64,000 bases of DNA from Eubacteriales bacterium (GCA_045643885.1 JAZRFY010000027.1:8230-72229), one strand, 5' to 3'. Counted from the first letter of the stretch, positions 47,735 through 58,755 are shown. Numbers and translations are program-made. The notes: generated by a model from the letters alone, not told the origin.

Positions 47735-49660
47735 TTAAATTTCAAGAGCATCAACGCGTCTTAACCATTCTTCACTGGACGTGTCACTGGGCATCTTGAG
47801 GTCGCCTCTTGGTGAAAGGCTAATGCCGAATACCTTGGGACCGTCGGGCATGCAAGAACGTTTGAATTGCTGCGCAAAGAAACGCTTAATAAATACTCTC
47901 ATGCAAGAGATGATAAAGCTGTTTTCATACTTATCACCAAATGCAATTTGTGCGATTCTGTAAAGCTTTTCAGGAGAGTAGTGATAAGTGAGCATATAAT
48001 ATAGGAAGAAATCGTGAAGCTCATAAGGTCCGATAATGTCCTCAGTAATTTGAGAAATCGTGCCGTTTTCAGTAGAAATAAGCTCGGGACTTATAGGAGT
48101 TTCAATGATATCCTTTACAGTGCGTTTGAACTCAACACTATCTGATTCGTTTGCATAAAAGTTAAGTACGTGTGCAATCAATGTCTTGGGAATGCCTGCA
48201 TTCAAAGCATACATTGACATGTGATCTCCGCCGTAGGTGGTAAATCCAAGTGCAAGCTCGGAAAGGTCACCCGTACCAATAACTAGTGCGTTTTCACCGT
48301 TTGCAATGTCCATAAGTATCTGAGATCTTTCTCTTGCCTGAGCATTTTCATATACGGTGTCATAAACCTCAGTGCTGTGACCGATGCTTGTAAGATGAGA
48401 TGCAACGGCATTTCTTATGTCGATTTCACGAAGATCAACGCCAAGCTCGTTTGCGATTGAACAAGCATTATTTTTTGTTCTCTCGGACGTAGCAAAGCAG
48501 GGCATAGTAACTGCGATAATGTCCTTAAGATTTCTTCCCATGATCTTGAATGTGTGAGCCGTAGAAAGAAGAGCCAAGGTGGAGTCAAGTCCACCTGAAA
48601 TGCCGATAACGCATTTTTTAGCACAGGAGCTTTCAAGTCTTTGCTTAAGACCGTAAGCCTGGATAGAACGAACGGCCTTTATATTGCGAGCAAGCTGCTC
48701 AGCATCGTCTGAAACGAAGGGAGTGGGGTCGATATATCTTGATATTTCAGTTTCTTCAATCTCGAGGTCGAAGGGAACGTTAACGATATTTTTAGCAGCA
48801 TTTGTGGTTACTGTGTTTCTTCTGCGGCGCTCGAGAGATATCTTCTCAAGGTCAACGTCAGCTGTGATGAATTTATCATTTGAAAAATCAAAGGGAATTC
48901 TTTCGGAAATAACACTTCCGTTCTCAGCAATGATGCTATGACCGGAATAAACTACGTCGGACGTGGATTCACCCTCGCCACAGTTTGCATAGATGTATGC
49001 AGAAACAGTCTTTGCTGATTGACTTGCAACCAAAGTTCTGCGATATTCATCCTTTGCAACCACCTCGTTAGAGGCTGAAAGGTTGGCAAGTAATGTAGCA
49101 CCTGCAATGGAAAGCATATTGGAGGGGGGAGTATTCACCCATATATCCTCACAAATTTCAATGCCGAGCTTAAGCAAGGGCATGGTTCTGCAAGAGAAGA
49201 GGATGTTTCTGCCAAAGGGAACGTCCTTGCCGTTGAAGTGATATGAGAAATTCTCTTCGGGACAGGGAACGAAGTATCTGCCCTCGTAAAACTCACCGTA
49301 GGTGGGAAGATTACTCTTAGCAACAACACCAAGAAGCTCACCACCCTTAACCACTGCAGCGCAGTTGTATATTTTATTTTCATAGGACATAGGAAGTCCC
49401 ACGATGCTAAGCATGTCATAATCCTTAGTTTCGTCGATATATTTTCTAAGAGCCTTGTCCGCACTATCGAGGAGGACGTTTGAGAAGAACATATCGGCGC
49501 AAGTATATGCAGTTATACAAAGCTCAGGGAAAACAAGCACCTTAACGTGCTTTAAGCTTGCTTCCTTTGCTATGCTTATCATTTCGTTTGCGTTATAAGT
49601 GCAGTCTGCAACCTTTAGCTTGGGAGTCGCACACGCAACCTTTAAAAAACCGTGTTTCAT
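47735..49660 (-). CDS. nadE: glutamine-dependent NAD+ synthetase
   Basis: N-terminal CN-hydrolase domain (FPEL...EICED) and C-terminal NAD synthetase PP-loop (GISGGLDS). 641 aa. Confidence 0.9.
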   Translation of the reverse strand: MKHGFLKVACATPKLKVADCTYNANEMISIAKEASLKHVKVLVFPELCITAYTCADMFFSNVLLDSADKALRKYIDETKDYDMLSIVGLPMSYENKIYNCAAVVKGGELLGVVAKSNLPTYGEFYEGRYFVPCPEENFSYHFNGKDVPFGRNILFSCRTMPLLKLGIEICEDIWVNTPPSNMLSIAGATLLANLSASNEVVAKDEYRRTLVASQSAKTVSAYIYANCGEGESTSDVVYSGHSIIAENGSVISERIPFDFSNDKFITADVDLEKISLERRRRNTVTTNAAKNIVNVPFDLEIEETEISRYIDPTPFVSDDAEQLARNIKAVRSIQAYGLKQRLESSCAKKCVIGISGGLDSTLALLSTAHTFKIMGRNLKDIIAVTMPCFATSERTKNNACSIANELGVDLREIDIRNAVASHLTSIGHSTEVYDTVYENAQARERSQILMDIANGENALVIGTGDLSELALGFTTYGGDHMSMYALNAGIPKTLIAHVLNFYANESDSVEFKRTVKDIIETPISPELISTENGTISQITEDIIGPYELHDFFLYYMLTYHYSPEKLYRIAQIAFGDKYENSFIISCMRVFIKRFFAQQFKRSCMPDGPKVFGISLSPRGDLKMPSDTSSEEWLRRVDALEI

Positions 49661-49815
49661 TGGATAGCATATCCTTTCAAAAATTATATCACCTTATATT
49701 ATAAATAAAAATTTATAAAATTACAATACAAAAATGAAATTTTATTGACAAAATTCTTGAATAAAAGCAAAAAATGTTGTATAATTGTATCAATAGAACC
49801 CGAAAGGATAGAAAA

Positions 49816-50460
49816 ATGGTTAAATTAATTATAGTTAGACACGGAAATAGCATTGGAAATTTCAAAAGAATATTTATCGGACAAACTGACTGGGGACTTT
49901 CCGAAATAGGAGAGGAGCAGGTAAAAAGATTGACCGAATACCTCAAGGAATTTCATATAGATAAAATTTATTCAAGCGACCTTTGCAGAGCATATAACAC
50001 AGTTTTGCCCACTGCAGAGCGCCTTGGAATGGAGATTCACAAAAGAGAAGGGCTTCGCGAGATTTACGCAGGTGAGTGGGAGCAAACGACCTTTACCGAG
50101 CTTGCCGAAAAATTTCCCGAAACCTATTGGACATTCCAGAATGATATTGGAAATGCCCATCCCGACGGCGGAGAGAGCATCAAAGATGTGTTCTATAGAA
50201 TCAAGAATACTATCGAGCAGATTCTTGCAGAAAACGATGGAAAAACAGTTCTTATCGGTACGCACGCTACGGTTATTCGCGTTATGAATTGCCTTTGGCA
50301 CGGTGACACTCTTGAGAACCTTCAAAAGTATGATTGGGTGACTAATGCAGCAGTTTGCCACATAGAATACGAGGACGGCAAATACAACGTTGTTGAGTAC
50401 GGTCACGATGATCACCTTGAGGGAATAATCACTCACGTCGGTGTAAAAAAGCAGGATTGA
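49816..50460 (+). CDS. histidine phosphatase family protein (GpmB/CobC-like)
   Basis: LIIVRHGNS (RHG motif) and a later GTHATVIR histidine motif. Confidence 0.85.
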   Translation: MVKLIIVRHGNSIGNFKRIFIGQTDWGLSEIGEEQVKRLTEYLKEFHIDKIYSSDLCRAYNTVLPTAERLGMEIHKREGLREIYAGEWEQTTFTELAEKFPETYWTFQNDIGNAHPDGGESIKDVFYRIKNTIEQILAENDGKTVLIGTHATVIRVMNCLWHGDTLENLQKYDWVTNAAVCHIEYEDGKYNVVEYGHDDHLEGIITHVGVKKQD

Positions 50461-50539
50461 TCAAACAAAAAATGTCGATTTTTCGTTGTGCATATTGCAC
50501 AAAATTAACGAAAGGTCGATATTTTTATATATAAACTAT

Positions 50540-50567
50540 TTACAACTAAAATTAGTTGTGATATAAT
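50540..50567 (+). promoter_or_regulatory. sigmaA-type promoter of hpf (TTACAA-16-TGTGATATAAT)
   Basis: -35 at 50540-50545 and extended -10 at 50557-50567. Confidence 0.5.
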
Positions 50568-50621
50568 AAAACCAGAAAGAGAAATCTCTTTCTTTAAATA
50601 CAACTCGAAAGGAATGATACT

Positions 50622-51149
50622 ATGAAGATTACTATTGTTGGTAGACAGATGAATGTTTGGGATTCAACCAAAGAAATGGCTGAAAAGAAACTTGAAAAGC
50701 TGAACAAATATTTTGGTTCAGAGGCCACCGCAACAGTAACATTCAGTTGCAAGCGCGAGCGTGATAACGTTGAAATCACTATTCACGGCGCTAACACAAT
50801 CTTTCGTGCTGAGGTCGATGACACGACCTTCCAAAACGCAATGGATCGTTGCGTAGAAGCTATCGACCGCCAGATCAGAAAGAACAAGACAAGACTTGAA
50901 AGAAGAACAAAAGAGGGTGAATTCTACGTTCCCGATTTCAGTGAATATCTTGATGAAGATCCTGAATTTATCGTAAGAACAAAGGAATTTGAGCTTACTC
51001 CCATGTCCGTTGAAGAGGCGATCATGCAGATGAACCTTATCGGTCACCAGTTCTTTGTTTTCTTTAATGACGAAACAGGAAACGTTTCTGTAATTTACAC
51101 AAGAAAAGACGGAACGTACGGACTTATCAACCCCATTATTTACAAATAA
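50622..51149 (+). CDS. hpf: ribosome hibernation promoting factor (long form)
   Basis: MKITIVGRQMNV... N-terminal domain plus the C-terminal dimerisation domain (KEFELTPMSVEEAIMQMNLIGHQFFVFFN). Confidence 0.9.
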   Translation: MKITIVGRQMNVWDSTKEMAEKKLEKLNKYFGSEATATVTFSCKRERDNVEITIHGANTIFRAEVDDTTFQNAMDRCVEAIDRQIRKNKTRLERRTKEGEFYVPDFSEYLDEDPEFIVRTKEFELTPMSVEEAIMQMNLIGHQFFVFFNDETGNVSVIYTRKDGTYGLINPIIYK

Positions 51150-51161
51150 TATTGATTTTCA

Positions 51162-51187
51162 CCCACCGCGCAAGCGGTGGGTTTTTT
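51162..51187 (+). terminator. hpf terminator
   Basis: Stem cccaccgc-gcaa-gcggtggg followed by T6. Confidence 0.8.
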
Positions 51188-51273
51188 GTTTGCAAAATAT
51201 TCAAAAATCCGTTGACTGAGATGTGATGTTGTGATATAATAATTAAGTTGATTTCAGTAAAGGAGGTATGAAA

Positions 51274-52686
51274 ATGGATAAGTATAAAAGACTGTTATCA
51301 AATACGCTCATTTTGTCAATAGGCACGTTTGCATCAAAGCTTTTGGTCTATTTTTTGATGCCTCTTTATACCTATATTCTTTCAACCGAGCAATACGGAA
51401 CAGCCGACCTTATAACCAACGCAGCAAATTTGCTCATCCCGTTTTGCTGCATCGGTATAACGCATGGAGTTTTTCGATTTGCCGCAGATGAAAAAGAGAA
51501 TAACAAGGTAGTTTTCTCATCGGGAGCATGCGTGCTTTTGATTTCGAGCGCAGTATTTTTGCTCGTATCTCCGCTTATAGCATTAGTACCATTGATCGAG
51601 GATTTTGCTTGGCTCATCGTTCTTTATGTATTATGCTCTAATTTTCATACTCTTGCTAAGGAATATATAAGAGCAAAGGGAATGTTAAAGCTCTATGCAG
51701 CACAAAGCATACTTGGAACGGCTCTTGTTATAGTCTTCAACCTTATCTTCTTGATTCCACTTAAGCTTGGAGTGACAGGATATGTTTTGTCCGTTGCCGT
51801 TGCAGATGCGCTTGGAACTTTATTCTTGGTCGTATATGCAAAGCTTTATAAGGATTTCTCCTTTAAGCTTGTTTCAAATGCAAAAATCAAGGAGATGCTT
51901 AAATACAGTCTTCCCATGATGCCAACAACCGTTATCTGGTGGATAACGAACGTGTCTGATAGATTTATTGTCGCGTATATATGTGGTGAGGGTGAGAACG
52001 GACTCTATTCAGCAGCATATAAGATACCTACAATCATCGCGTTGGTTGCAGGAATATTCAACGAAGCATGGCAAATATCCGCAATATCCGAAAACGAGGA
52101 CAGGGAGGGAATAAGCAAATTCTTCTCCGAGGTTTTTGAAAGATATCAAGCCATCTTGTTTCTTGGATGCTCAATGCTTATTCCGTTTACGCCACTTGCA
52201 ACAATCATATTGCTTGACGCTAAATATTTTACTGCGTGGAGCTTTATGCCCGTTCTTCTTTTGGCAACGGTTTTCTCATCACTCGTTACCTTTATAGGCA
52301 CAATATATACCGTTAAAAAGAGAACGGTCATGTCACTTGTGACCGCAGCATTCGGTGCTATACTCAATATCGTTTTAAATATTATTTTGATACCCCCAAT
52401 GGGTGCTCAGGGAGCCGGAATTGCAACAGCAATAAGCTATTTTGCAGTGTTTGTTTTCAGAGCTATTCACTCAAAATCCTTTATGCCGTTCGATCTTAAA
52501 TCGATTAAAATATTTGCCAATACTGCAATAGCATTGGCTCAGATCATTTTGATGTTCACGCTCCAATATGATGGATTGTACAATATTTTGGCACAAGCCG
52601 TGCTTGTGATCTTGGTGTGCATAATCAACGCGAAATCGATAATTTCGGCATTGAAAAAAGTGCTGAAAAAATTTATAAAAATTTAG
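51274..52686 (+). CDS. MOP-superfamily oligosaccharide/lipid-linked glycan flippase (Wzx/MurJ/SpoVB-like)
   Basis: About 14 predicted TM helices. N-terminus KYKRLLSNTLILSIGTFASKLLVYFLMPLYT is typical of polysaccharide biosynthesis flippases. Confidence 0.75.
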   Translation: MDKYKRLLSNTLILSIGTFASKLLVYFLMPLYTYILSTEQYGTADLITNAANLLIPFCCIGITHGVFRFAADEKENNKVVFSSGACVLLISSAVFLLVSPLIALVPLIEDFAWLIVLYVLCSNFHTLAKEYIRAKGMLKLYAAQSILGTALVIVFNLIFLIPLKLGVTGYVLSVAVADALGTLFLVVYAKLYKDFSFKLVSNAKIKEMLKYSLPMMPTTVIWWITNVSDRFIVAYICGEGENGLYSAAYKIPTIIALVAGIFNEAWQISAISENEDREGISKFFSEVFERYQAILFLGCSMLIPFTPLATIILLDAKYFTAWSFMPVLLLATVFSSLVTFIGTIYTVKKRTVMSLVTAAFGAILNIVLNIILIPPMGAQGAGIATAISYFAVFVFRAIHSKSFMPFDLKSIKIFANTAIALAQIILMFTLQYDGLYNILAQAVLVILVCIINAKSIISALKKVLKKFIKI

Positions 52687-52818
52687 CAAAATCTATTGCA
52701 TTTTAGAGAAATGTGTGCTATAATACACGATGTATGTGTATGTCACATAGATTTATCAAGGAATAGTCCGCTGCGACGCTCTGCATGAATATTCCGATTA
52801 TTTAAGGAGGGCCACAAA

Positions 52819-53160
52819 ATGGATTTGATCAAGGCTTTTACAAACGAGCAGCTTAAGAAGGAACTCCCCGAGGTTAACGTTGGTGACACAATCCGTGTTC
52901 ACAACAAGATCAAAGAGGGCACACGTGAAAGAGTTCAGCTTTTCGAGGGAACTGTTATCGCTAAACACGGCGGCGGTATCTCCGAAACATTTACCGTAAG
53001 AAGAGTAGCATATGGTGTAGGTGTTGAAAAGACATTCCCCATCCACTCTCCCAATGTTGAAAAGGTAGACATTATCAGACGCGGTAAGGTTAGACGTGCT
53101 AAGCTTTACTATCTTCGTGATAGAGTGGGCAAGGCATCCAAGGTTAAGGAAAAAATGTAA
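52819..53160 (+). CDS. rplS: 50S ribosomal protein L19
   Basis: [41 protein letters not shown]... Confidence 0.95.
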   Translation: MDLIKAFTNEQLKKELPEVNVGDTIRVHNKIKEGTRERVQLFEGTVIAKHGGGISETFTVRRVAYGVGVEKTFPIHSPNVEKVDIIRRGKVRRAKLYYLRDRVGKASKVKEKM

Positions 53161-53179
53161 TTTAATACTTAACAAAGAG

Positions 53180-53207
53180 ATAGAGTGCTTCGGCACTCTA
53201 TTTTTTT
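53180..53207 (+). terminator. rplS terminator
   Basis: Stem tagagtgc-ttcg-gcactcta followed by T7. Confidence 0.8.
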
Positions 53208-53363
53208 GTCTTTCCACTTGAAAAAGCATAAAATATGGTGTATAATGTTATTTGCAACCAATAGTTGCACGATTTTTTGCATTTGAAATCTAAAATGTAT
53301 AGCAAAAAAGTGTTGCTTTTGATATGATTTAATCACAAACTTCAAACGAAAGGAAATCGAAAT

Positions 53364-54200
53364 ATGACTATTGAAACTGCAAATAGATTGTATGAATTAA
53401 GAAAAAAGCATAACCTTTCTCAAGAGGAGCTTGCAGAAAAGCTTGGCGTTTCACGTCAGGCAGTTTCCAAGTGGGAAAGAAGCGAGGCGTCCCCCGACAC
53501 CGATAATATCATTGCCTTGGCAAAGATATACGGACTTTCCCTTGACGAGCTTATCTACGGAGAAAAGGAGGGCCTTGATAATAAAGAAAATACCGAGAGT
53601 GAAAATCAACAGGACGAAGCTGATAGCTCTGCCGGTGAAGAGAAAATTTTTGTAAATATCAAAGACCGTGGTGACACTGTAAAGATAGGATCCAATGGTA
53701 TTGTAGTTGAAGAGAAAAACGGAGATACCGTTCATATCAGCTTCAAGGGTATAAAGATAGATTCGTCCGATTTCGATGATGACGATGACGACGATGACGA
53801 TGAGAATGACGAAGGCGCAAGGGTGTATCAAAGTGGCGACGGAAAGGTAAACATCAAGGTTAATACCAATTTTCCCAAGCCCAATACAGCTGCATTCTGG
53901 TTGTCTGTTCCGTATCCGATAATTTGCACAATTCTATACCTCTACCTTGGATTTACTTTCGGCACTTGGGGAATACATTGGGTATTGTTTTTAACGATTC
54001 CTTTGTATTATTCATTGATTGAGGCTATCAGAAAGAGAAAATTCTCGGAATTTTCCTATCCTGTTTTGGTGTCCTGCGCGTTTTTCTATATTGGATTATA
54101 CACAGGTGATTGGCATCCTGCATGGCTTTTGTTTTTGACAATTCCCGTGTACTATCCTATAGCGTCTATTTTGGATAGCGGAATCAAGAGGATTAGTTAA
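53364..54200 (+). CDS. XRE-family HTH protein with an acidic linker and a C-terminal membrane domain
   Basis: N-terminal LYELRKKHNLSQEELAEKLGVSRQAVSKWE, a poly-Asp run, and about four C-terminal TM helices. Confidence 0.8.
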   Translation: MTIETANRLYELRKKHNLSQEELAEKLGVSRQAVSKWERSEASPDTDNIIALAKIYGLSLDELIYGEKEGLDNKENTESENQQDEADSSAGEEKIFVNIKDRGDTVKIGSNGIVVEEKNGDTVHISFKGIKIDSSDFDDDDDDDDDENDEGARVYQSGDGKVNIKVNTNFPKPNTAAFWLSVPYPIICTILYLYLGFTFGTWGIHWVLFLTIPLYYSLIEAIRKRKFSEFSYPVLVSCAFFYIGLYTGDWHPAWLLFLTIPVYYPIASILDSGIKRIS

Positions 54201-54297
54201 GTTTAATTAGAAAATATTACCTGAACTTTGTTAAAAAGCACCGAAAAACCTCGGTGCTTTTTGTGTACTATTTTTGACTGAAATATAGTATAAATGA

Positions 54298-54326
54298 TTG
54301 ACAATTTTTTGTATAAATGTTATAAT
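54298..54326 (+). promoter_or_regulatory. sigmaA-type promoter of the malQ-pullulanase unit (TTGACA-17-TATAAT)
   Basis: Consensus hexamers at 54298-54303 and 54321-54326. An 8-bp inverted repeat gaaatatt/aatatttc follows at about 54335-54353. Confidence 0.5.
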
Positions 54327-54379
54327 ATCAGGTGGAAATATTAAAAATATTTCTTTAATTTCACGAAAGGAGAAATGTT

Positions 54380-55870
54380 TTGAATAATACAAAGAACAAC
54401 TTTGGATTTACTCACAAAAGCGGAATTCTTATGCCGGTCAGCTCATTGCCTGCAATTTACGGTATAGGAGACTTTGGAAAATGTGCTTTTGACTTCATTG
54501 ATTTCTTGGATGATACCAAGCAGAAATGCTGGCAGGTTTTGCCCTTGAATCCTACTTCGTACGGAGATAGCCCATATCAGTCACCTGCTGCTTGTGCAGG
54601 AAATCCTTATTTTATTGCACCTGAGCTTCTTTATAAGCAGGGCTTGCTTACTAAGGAGGAGCTTGACTCAAACGAGCATGCTCAGGGAAAGGTTGACTAC
54701 GGTTGGCTCTTTACAACAAGATACGATATGCTTAGAAAGGCATATGCGCGCTTCGTTCCCGATGAGGGATATGCAGAATTTTGCAAGTCACAGGAGTGGC
54801 TTGAGGATTATGCACTGTTTATGGCACTCAAGGTGCACTATAACTACTGCCAGTGGACTCTTTGGAACGATGAACATAGAAATATCGCAACTGCTCGTGC
54901 TTGCAAGGGTAACTTTGAAGCCGAAATGAACTTCTGGAAATGGATTCAGTACGAATTTATGAAGGAATGGAAGGCAGTTGTTGAATACGCTCACTCAAAG
55001 GATATCACAATAATTGGTGATATGCCCATCTACGTTGCACACGACAGTGTTGACGTTTGGAGCGCTCCCGAGCAGTTCTTGCTCGATAGAAATTACAATC
55101 CTACAATCGTTGCAGGATGTCCCCCCGACGGATTTTCACCCGACGGTCAGCTTTGGGGCAATCCCATCTACAACTATGAGCTCATGGCAGCTCAGGATTA
55201 TGCTTGGTGGGTAAAACGCGCTAAAGCTAATTTCGATCTTTACGATATCATCAGAATCGACCACTTCCGCGGATTTGCAAGTTACTATGCAATTCCTGCT
55301 CATCACGATACAGCTCGTCACGGCACATGGGAAATCGGTCCTCGTCTCCCTCTCTTCGAGGCAATCGACAAGGCACTTCCTGATTCCAAGATTATTGCCG
55401 AGGACCTTGGTCTTATCACCGAGGACGTTATCGAGCTTCTCAATGATACAGGCTTCCCCGGAATGAAGATGCTCCACTTTGCTTTCTATGATGAGGAAAG
55501 TGAATATCTTCCCAGAAACTATGAAAATTCCAACTGTATAGTTTATGCTTCTTCTCACGATAGCGACTGTACAGCTACTTGGTACGAAAATCTTCAAGGC
55601 GAAGCACTTGAAAGATTTGAAGAAGAATGCCCAAGAAGAGAAGACCAGAATCCCATTGAAGCTCTTATCGAGTTTGCAATGACAAGTCCTGCAAATCTTG
55701 CAATGGTACCTCTTCAGGATTACCTTGAGCTTCCTAATAGTGAGGGTAGAATCAATACTCCCGCTGTTGCAGAGGGCAACTGGGCATATCGCACAACTCC
55801 TGATTATGCTTCCGAGGCACTCAAGGCAAAGATCCTTGACGTTACGGTAAGAACAGGACGTGCAAAATAA
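54380..55870 (+). CDS. malQ: 4-alpha-glucanotransferase (amylomaltase, GH77)
   Basis: TTG start after AGGAGA. GILMPVSSLP...GDFG, SPYQS, RIDHFRGF and GDMPIYV motifs. Confidence 0.9.
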   Translation: MNNTKNNFGFTHKSGILMPVSSLPAIYGIGDFGKCAFDFIDFLDDTKQKCWQVLPLNPTSYGDSPYQSPAACAGNPYFIAPELLYKQGLLTKEELDSNEHAQGKVDYGWLFTTRYDMLRKAYARFVPDEGYAEFCKSQEWLEDYALFMALKVHYNYCQWTLWNDEHRNIATARACKGNFEAEMNFWKWIQYEFMKEWKAVVEYAHSKDITIIGDMPIYVAHDSVDVWSAPEQFLLDRNYNPTIVAGCPPDGFSPDGQLWGNPIYNYELMAAQDYAWWVKRAKANFDLYDIIRIDHFRGFASYYAIPAHHDTARHGTWEIGPRLPLFEAIDKALPDSKIIAEDLGLITEDVIELLNDTGFPGMKMLHFAFYDEESEYLPRNYENSNCIVYASSHDSDCTATWYENLQGEALERFEEECPRREDQNPIEALIEFAMTSPANLAMVPLQDYLELPNSEGRINTPAVAEGNWAYRTTPDYASEALKAKILDVTVRTGRAK

Positions 55871-55911
55871 AGCTGTAATAACAAAAAAATATATATCGAA
55901 AGGAATTTGTT

Positions 55912-58713
55912 ATGAAAAAATCTTTTATCAAACATTTGTCCCTCGTGTTGTTGATCTGTATGATCATTGGTATGGTTGGAACATCCTGTGGTGTTGCTTC
56001 TGATCCTATCGTTGAAACAGTCATCGAGGGCATCGATTCAAAGGATACTTCCGGTGAGGTAGACAACGGTGGTATCATGGGTACATATCAGCCTCCCGAG
56101 GGTGAGTATGATATCGAAACTCCCGAAGGTTACAATAAGCTTACATTCTACTGGGTATGGCCCGGCAAGACATGGGAAGATTACAAGAATTGTGACATTT
56201 GGATTTGGTATGATGACGTAGACGGTAAGGGCTACTTGATGACAGAATGCGAATACGGTGTTAAGGTTGTTATCAACGTTCCCGAAACAGTTACAGAGGT
56301 TGGCTTTATCGTTCGTAAGGACTGTTCTGAGCCCGGTGGCACAAGCTGGGGTACAGCTAACAAGGACGGTGGCGATGACCGTTTCGCTATTATTACAGGC
56401 AAGGAAACATATATCTTCCTTCAGAATGGCGACACAAACCAATATGCAAGTGATGATGGAGTGAATTTAGTGCAGATTAAGAAGTTTAACGTAGCTGGAA
56501 TGAAAGACTTCCACACAATTACTTATAACATTACACCTGCTAAGAAGCTTGAAAGCTATCAGCAGGTAAGCGTATGGGATGGCGACAAGCAGCTTACAGT
56601 TACAAGAGTTAACATGATGGGTAAGTCTTCTAATGCTGGTCAGATCACAGTTGAAGAAGAGCTTGATCTTAACAAGATTTATGAGGTAAGAATCGAAGGA
56701 TACGATCCTCTTAACGTTGTTCCCATGGGTATCTTCGACACAGAAGAATTCGGCGAGATGTATAACTACGACGGAAATGACCTCGGTTCTACAATCAACG
56801 CTGACGGCAGCACAACATTTAAGGTTTGGGCTCCCACAGCTTCCGAAGTAATCCTTGACCTTTACAATAAGGGTAATGAATTTGATGCTGATAATGCACC
56901 TATCGTAGGTACAAATCAGGATGCTTATGATCGCGTTCCTATGACACTTGGTGAAAAGGGTGTTTGGACAGCTACAGTTTCCGACGCAGGTCACGGCACA
57001 TATTACACATACACTGTAACAACAGCAGCAGGCACAGAGACAGCTACTGACCCCTACTGCAGAGCTACAGGTCTTAACGGTAACAGATCAATGGTAGTTG
57101 ATCTTGATAAGACAAACCCCGAAGGTTGGACAGACGTTGATTTCGATCCTACACTCGGTGGAACAAAGAACTTTGACTCTTACTCCGATGCTTTCATCTG
57201 GGAAATTCACATCCGTGACTTCTCCAACCTCATCGAAAGCTCTCAGTACAAGGGCAAGTATCTTGCATTCACAGAAACAGGTCTTACGAATAAGAACGGT
57301 ATTTCTGTTGGTGTTGATTACCTTGTAAATCTTGGTGTAACTCACGTTCACCTTCTTCCTTCCTACGACTATGCAACAGTTAAGGAAGAGAACCCCGATA
57401 GCGGATTCAACTGGGGTTATGACCCCAAGAACTACAACGTTCCCGAAGGTAGCTATTCTACTGACCCCTACAACGGTGAAGTAAGAATCAACGAATACAA
57501 GCAGATGGTTCAGGCTCTTCATGGCCAGGGCATCGGCGTAATCATGGACGTTGTTTATAACCATACATTCAGTGGAACAGACAGCTGCTTCCACAAGATC
57601 GTTCCTTATTACTACTATAGATATAATGCTAACGGTAGCAATATGAACGCTTCCGGTTGCGGTAACGATACAGCTTCTGAGCGCTACATGTTCAGAAAGT
57701 ATATGGTAGACAGTATCACATACTGGCTCGAAGAATATAACCTTGACGGTTTCCGTTTCGACCTTATGGGTCTTCACGACCTCGAAACAATGAGACAGAT
57801 CGAGGCTGCAGTTCATGCAATCAACCCTAAGGCAATCATCTACGGTGAAGGTTGGACAATGGGTAGCACAACAGACGGTAGCGAACAGGCTAACCAGACA
57901 AACATCGGTAAGATCATTCCTACAAACGGTGCTATCGGTTCTGTAGCAGTATTTAACGATGCTATCAGAAACGGTCTTAAGGGTAACAGTGGATTTGGTG
58001 AAATCACATCCGGTATCCTTAACGGTAACGCAAATGCTGATAACTTGAACAAGGTATTGTTCGGTATCATGGGTGGTAACACAAGTGGCGCAGGTTGGAG
58101 AGTTTCTAACTCTATGGTAATTAACTATATGAGTGCTCACGATAACCTTGCTCTTTGGGACCAGCTCACATTGACAATGGGCGGCACAACAGCTGCTAAG
58201 GCTAAGGCAAACCGCCTTGGTGCAGCGATCCTCTTCGTTTCTAAGGGTACACCTTTCGTTCAGGCAGGTGAAGAAATGCTTCGTACAAAGCCTTACTACA
58301 ACAAGGCAGGCGAGCTTGTTCCCGGTGAATACGATGAAAACAGCTACAGCTCTTGTGACGCAACAAACAACCTTAAGTGGGATACACTTAAGGCAGGATC
58401 TGAAGAGTACAAGATGGTTCAGTACTATGCAGGTCTTGTAGCTATGAGAAAGGCATATCCTATCTTCTCTGACGTTGCAACTAACGTTCAGTCCACTGCT
58501 CTCGGCAACGCAGGCTTTGCAATTTCTTACAAGCTCGGTGATAGCCAGGCTATGGTTCTTATCAACGCTTCTTCCAGCTCTGTAAACTACACATTGAGCG
58601 GTTCTTGGAAGCTCGTTGCTACAGTAGACCAGGCAAGCGCAACAGCTATTGCTACACATAACGGTGGTAACGTATCCGTTCCCGCAGGCGGTATTCTCGT
58701 ATACGTTAAATAA
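55912..58713 (+). CDS. pulA: type I pullulanase, lipoprotein (GH13 with N-terminal carbohydrate-binding modules)
   Basis: Lipobox GTSCG. Pullulanase signature FNWGYDP, plus DVVYNHT, GFRFDLMG, GEGW and MSAHDN. Confidence 0.9.
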   Translation: MKKSFIKHLSLVLLICMIIGMVGTSCGVASDPIVETVIEGIDSKDTSGEVDNGGIMGTYQPPEGEYDIETPEGYNKLTFYWVWPGKTWEDYKNCDIWIWYDDVDGKGYLMTECEYGVKVVINVPETVTEVGFIVRKDCSEPGGTSWGTANKDGGDDRFAIITGKETYIFLQNGDTNQYASDDGVNLVQIKKFNVAGMKDFHTITYNITPAKKLESYQQVSVWDGDKQLTVTRVNMMGKSSNAGQITVEEELDLNKIYEVRIEGYDPLNVVPMGIFDTEEFGEMYNYDGNDLGSTINADGSTTFKVWAPTASEVILDLYNKGNEFDADNAPIVGTNQDAYDRVPMTLGEKGVWTATVSDAGHGTYYTYTVTTAAGTETATDPYCRATGLNGNRSMVVDLDKTNPEGWTDVDFDPTLGGTKNFDSYSDAFIWEIHIRDFSNLIESSQYKGKYLAFTETGLTNKNGISVGVDYLVNLGVTHVHLLPSYDYATVKEENPDSGFNWGYDPKNYNVPEGSYSTDPYNGEVRINEYKQMVQALHGQGIGVIMDVVYNHTFSGTDSCFHKIVPYYYYRYNANGSNMNASGCGNDTASERYMFRKYMVDSITYWLEEYNLDGFRFDLMGLHDLETMRQIEAAVHAINPKAIIYGEGWTMGSTTDGSEQANQTNIGKIIPTNGAIGSVAVFNDAIRNGLKGNSGFGEITSGILNGNANADNLNKVLFGIMGGNTSGAGWRVSNSMVINYMSAHDNLALWDQLTLTMGGTTAAKAKANRLGAAILFVSKGTPFVQAGEEMLRTKPYYNKAGELVPGEYDENSYSSCDATNNLKWDTLKAGSEEYKMVQYYAGLVAMRKAYPIFSDVATNVQSTALGNAGFAISYKLGDSQAMVLINASSSSVNYTLSGSWKLVATVDQASATAIATHNGGNVSVPAGGILVYVK

Positions 58714-58755
58714 TTGGCCTATTGACTCGTAATTATTGTTAATAAGGAGAATAAT

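Noticed and set aside
53774-53812. GAT/GAC microsatellite-like run
   Set aside because: It is in frame within the XRE-family gene and encodes a D9-E-N-D-E acidic linker. This is a coding low-complexity tract rather than an independent repeat element.
57088-58659. 523-aa ORF on the minus strand inside the pullulanase gene
   Set aside because: It is entirely antisense to a gene with unmistakable GH13/pullulanase motifs. Its translation is Cys/Val-rich low-complexity text with no motifs. The stop-free frame is a by-product of the strong ggt/gct/aca/gtt codon bias on the sense strand.
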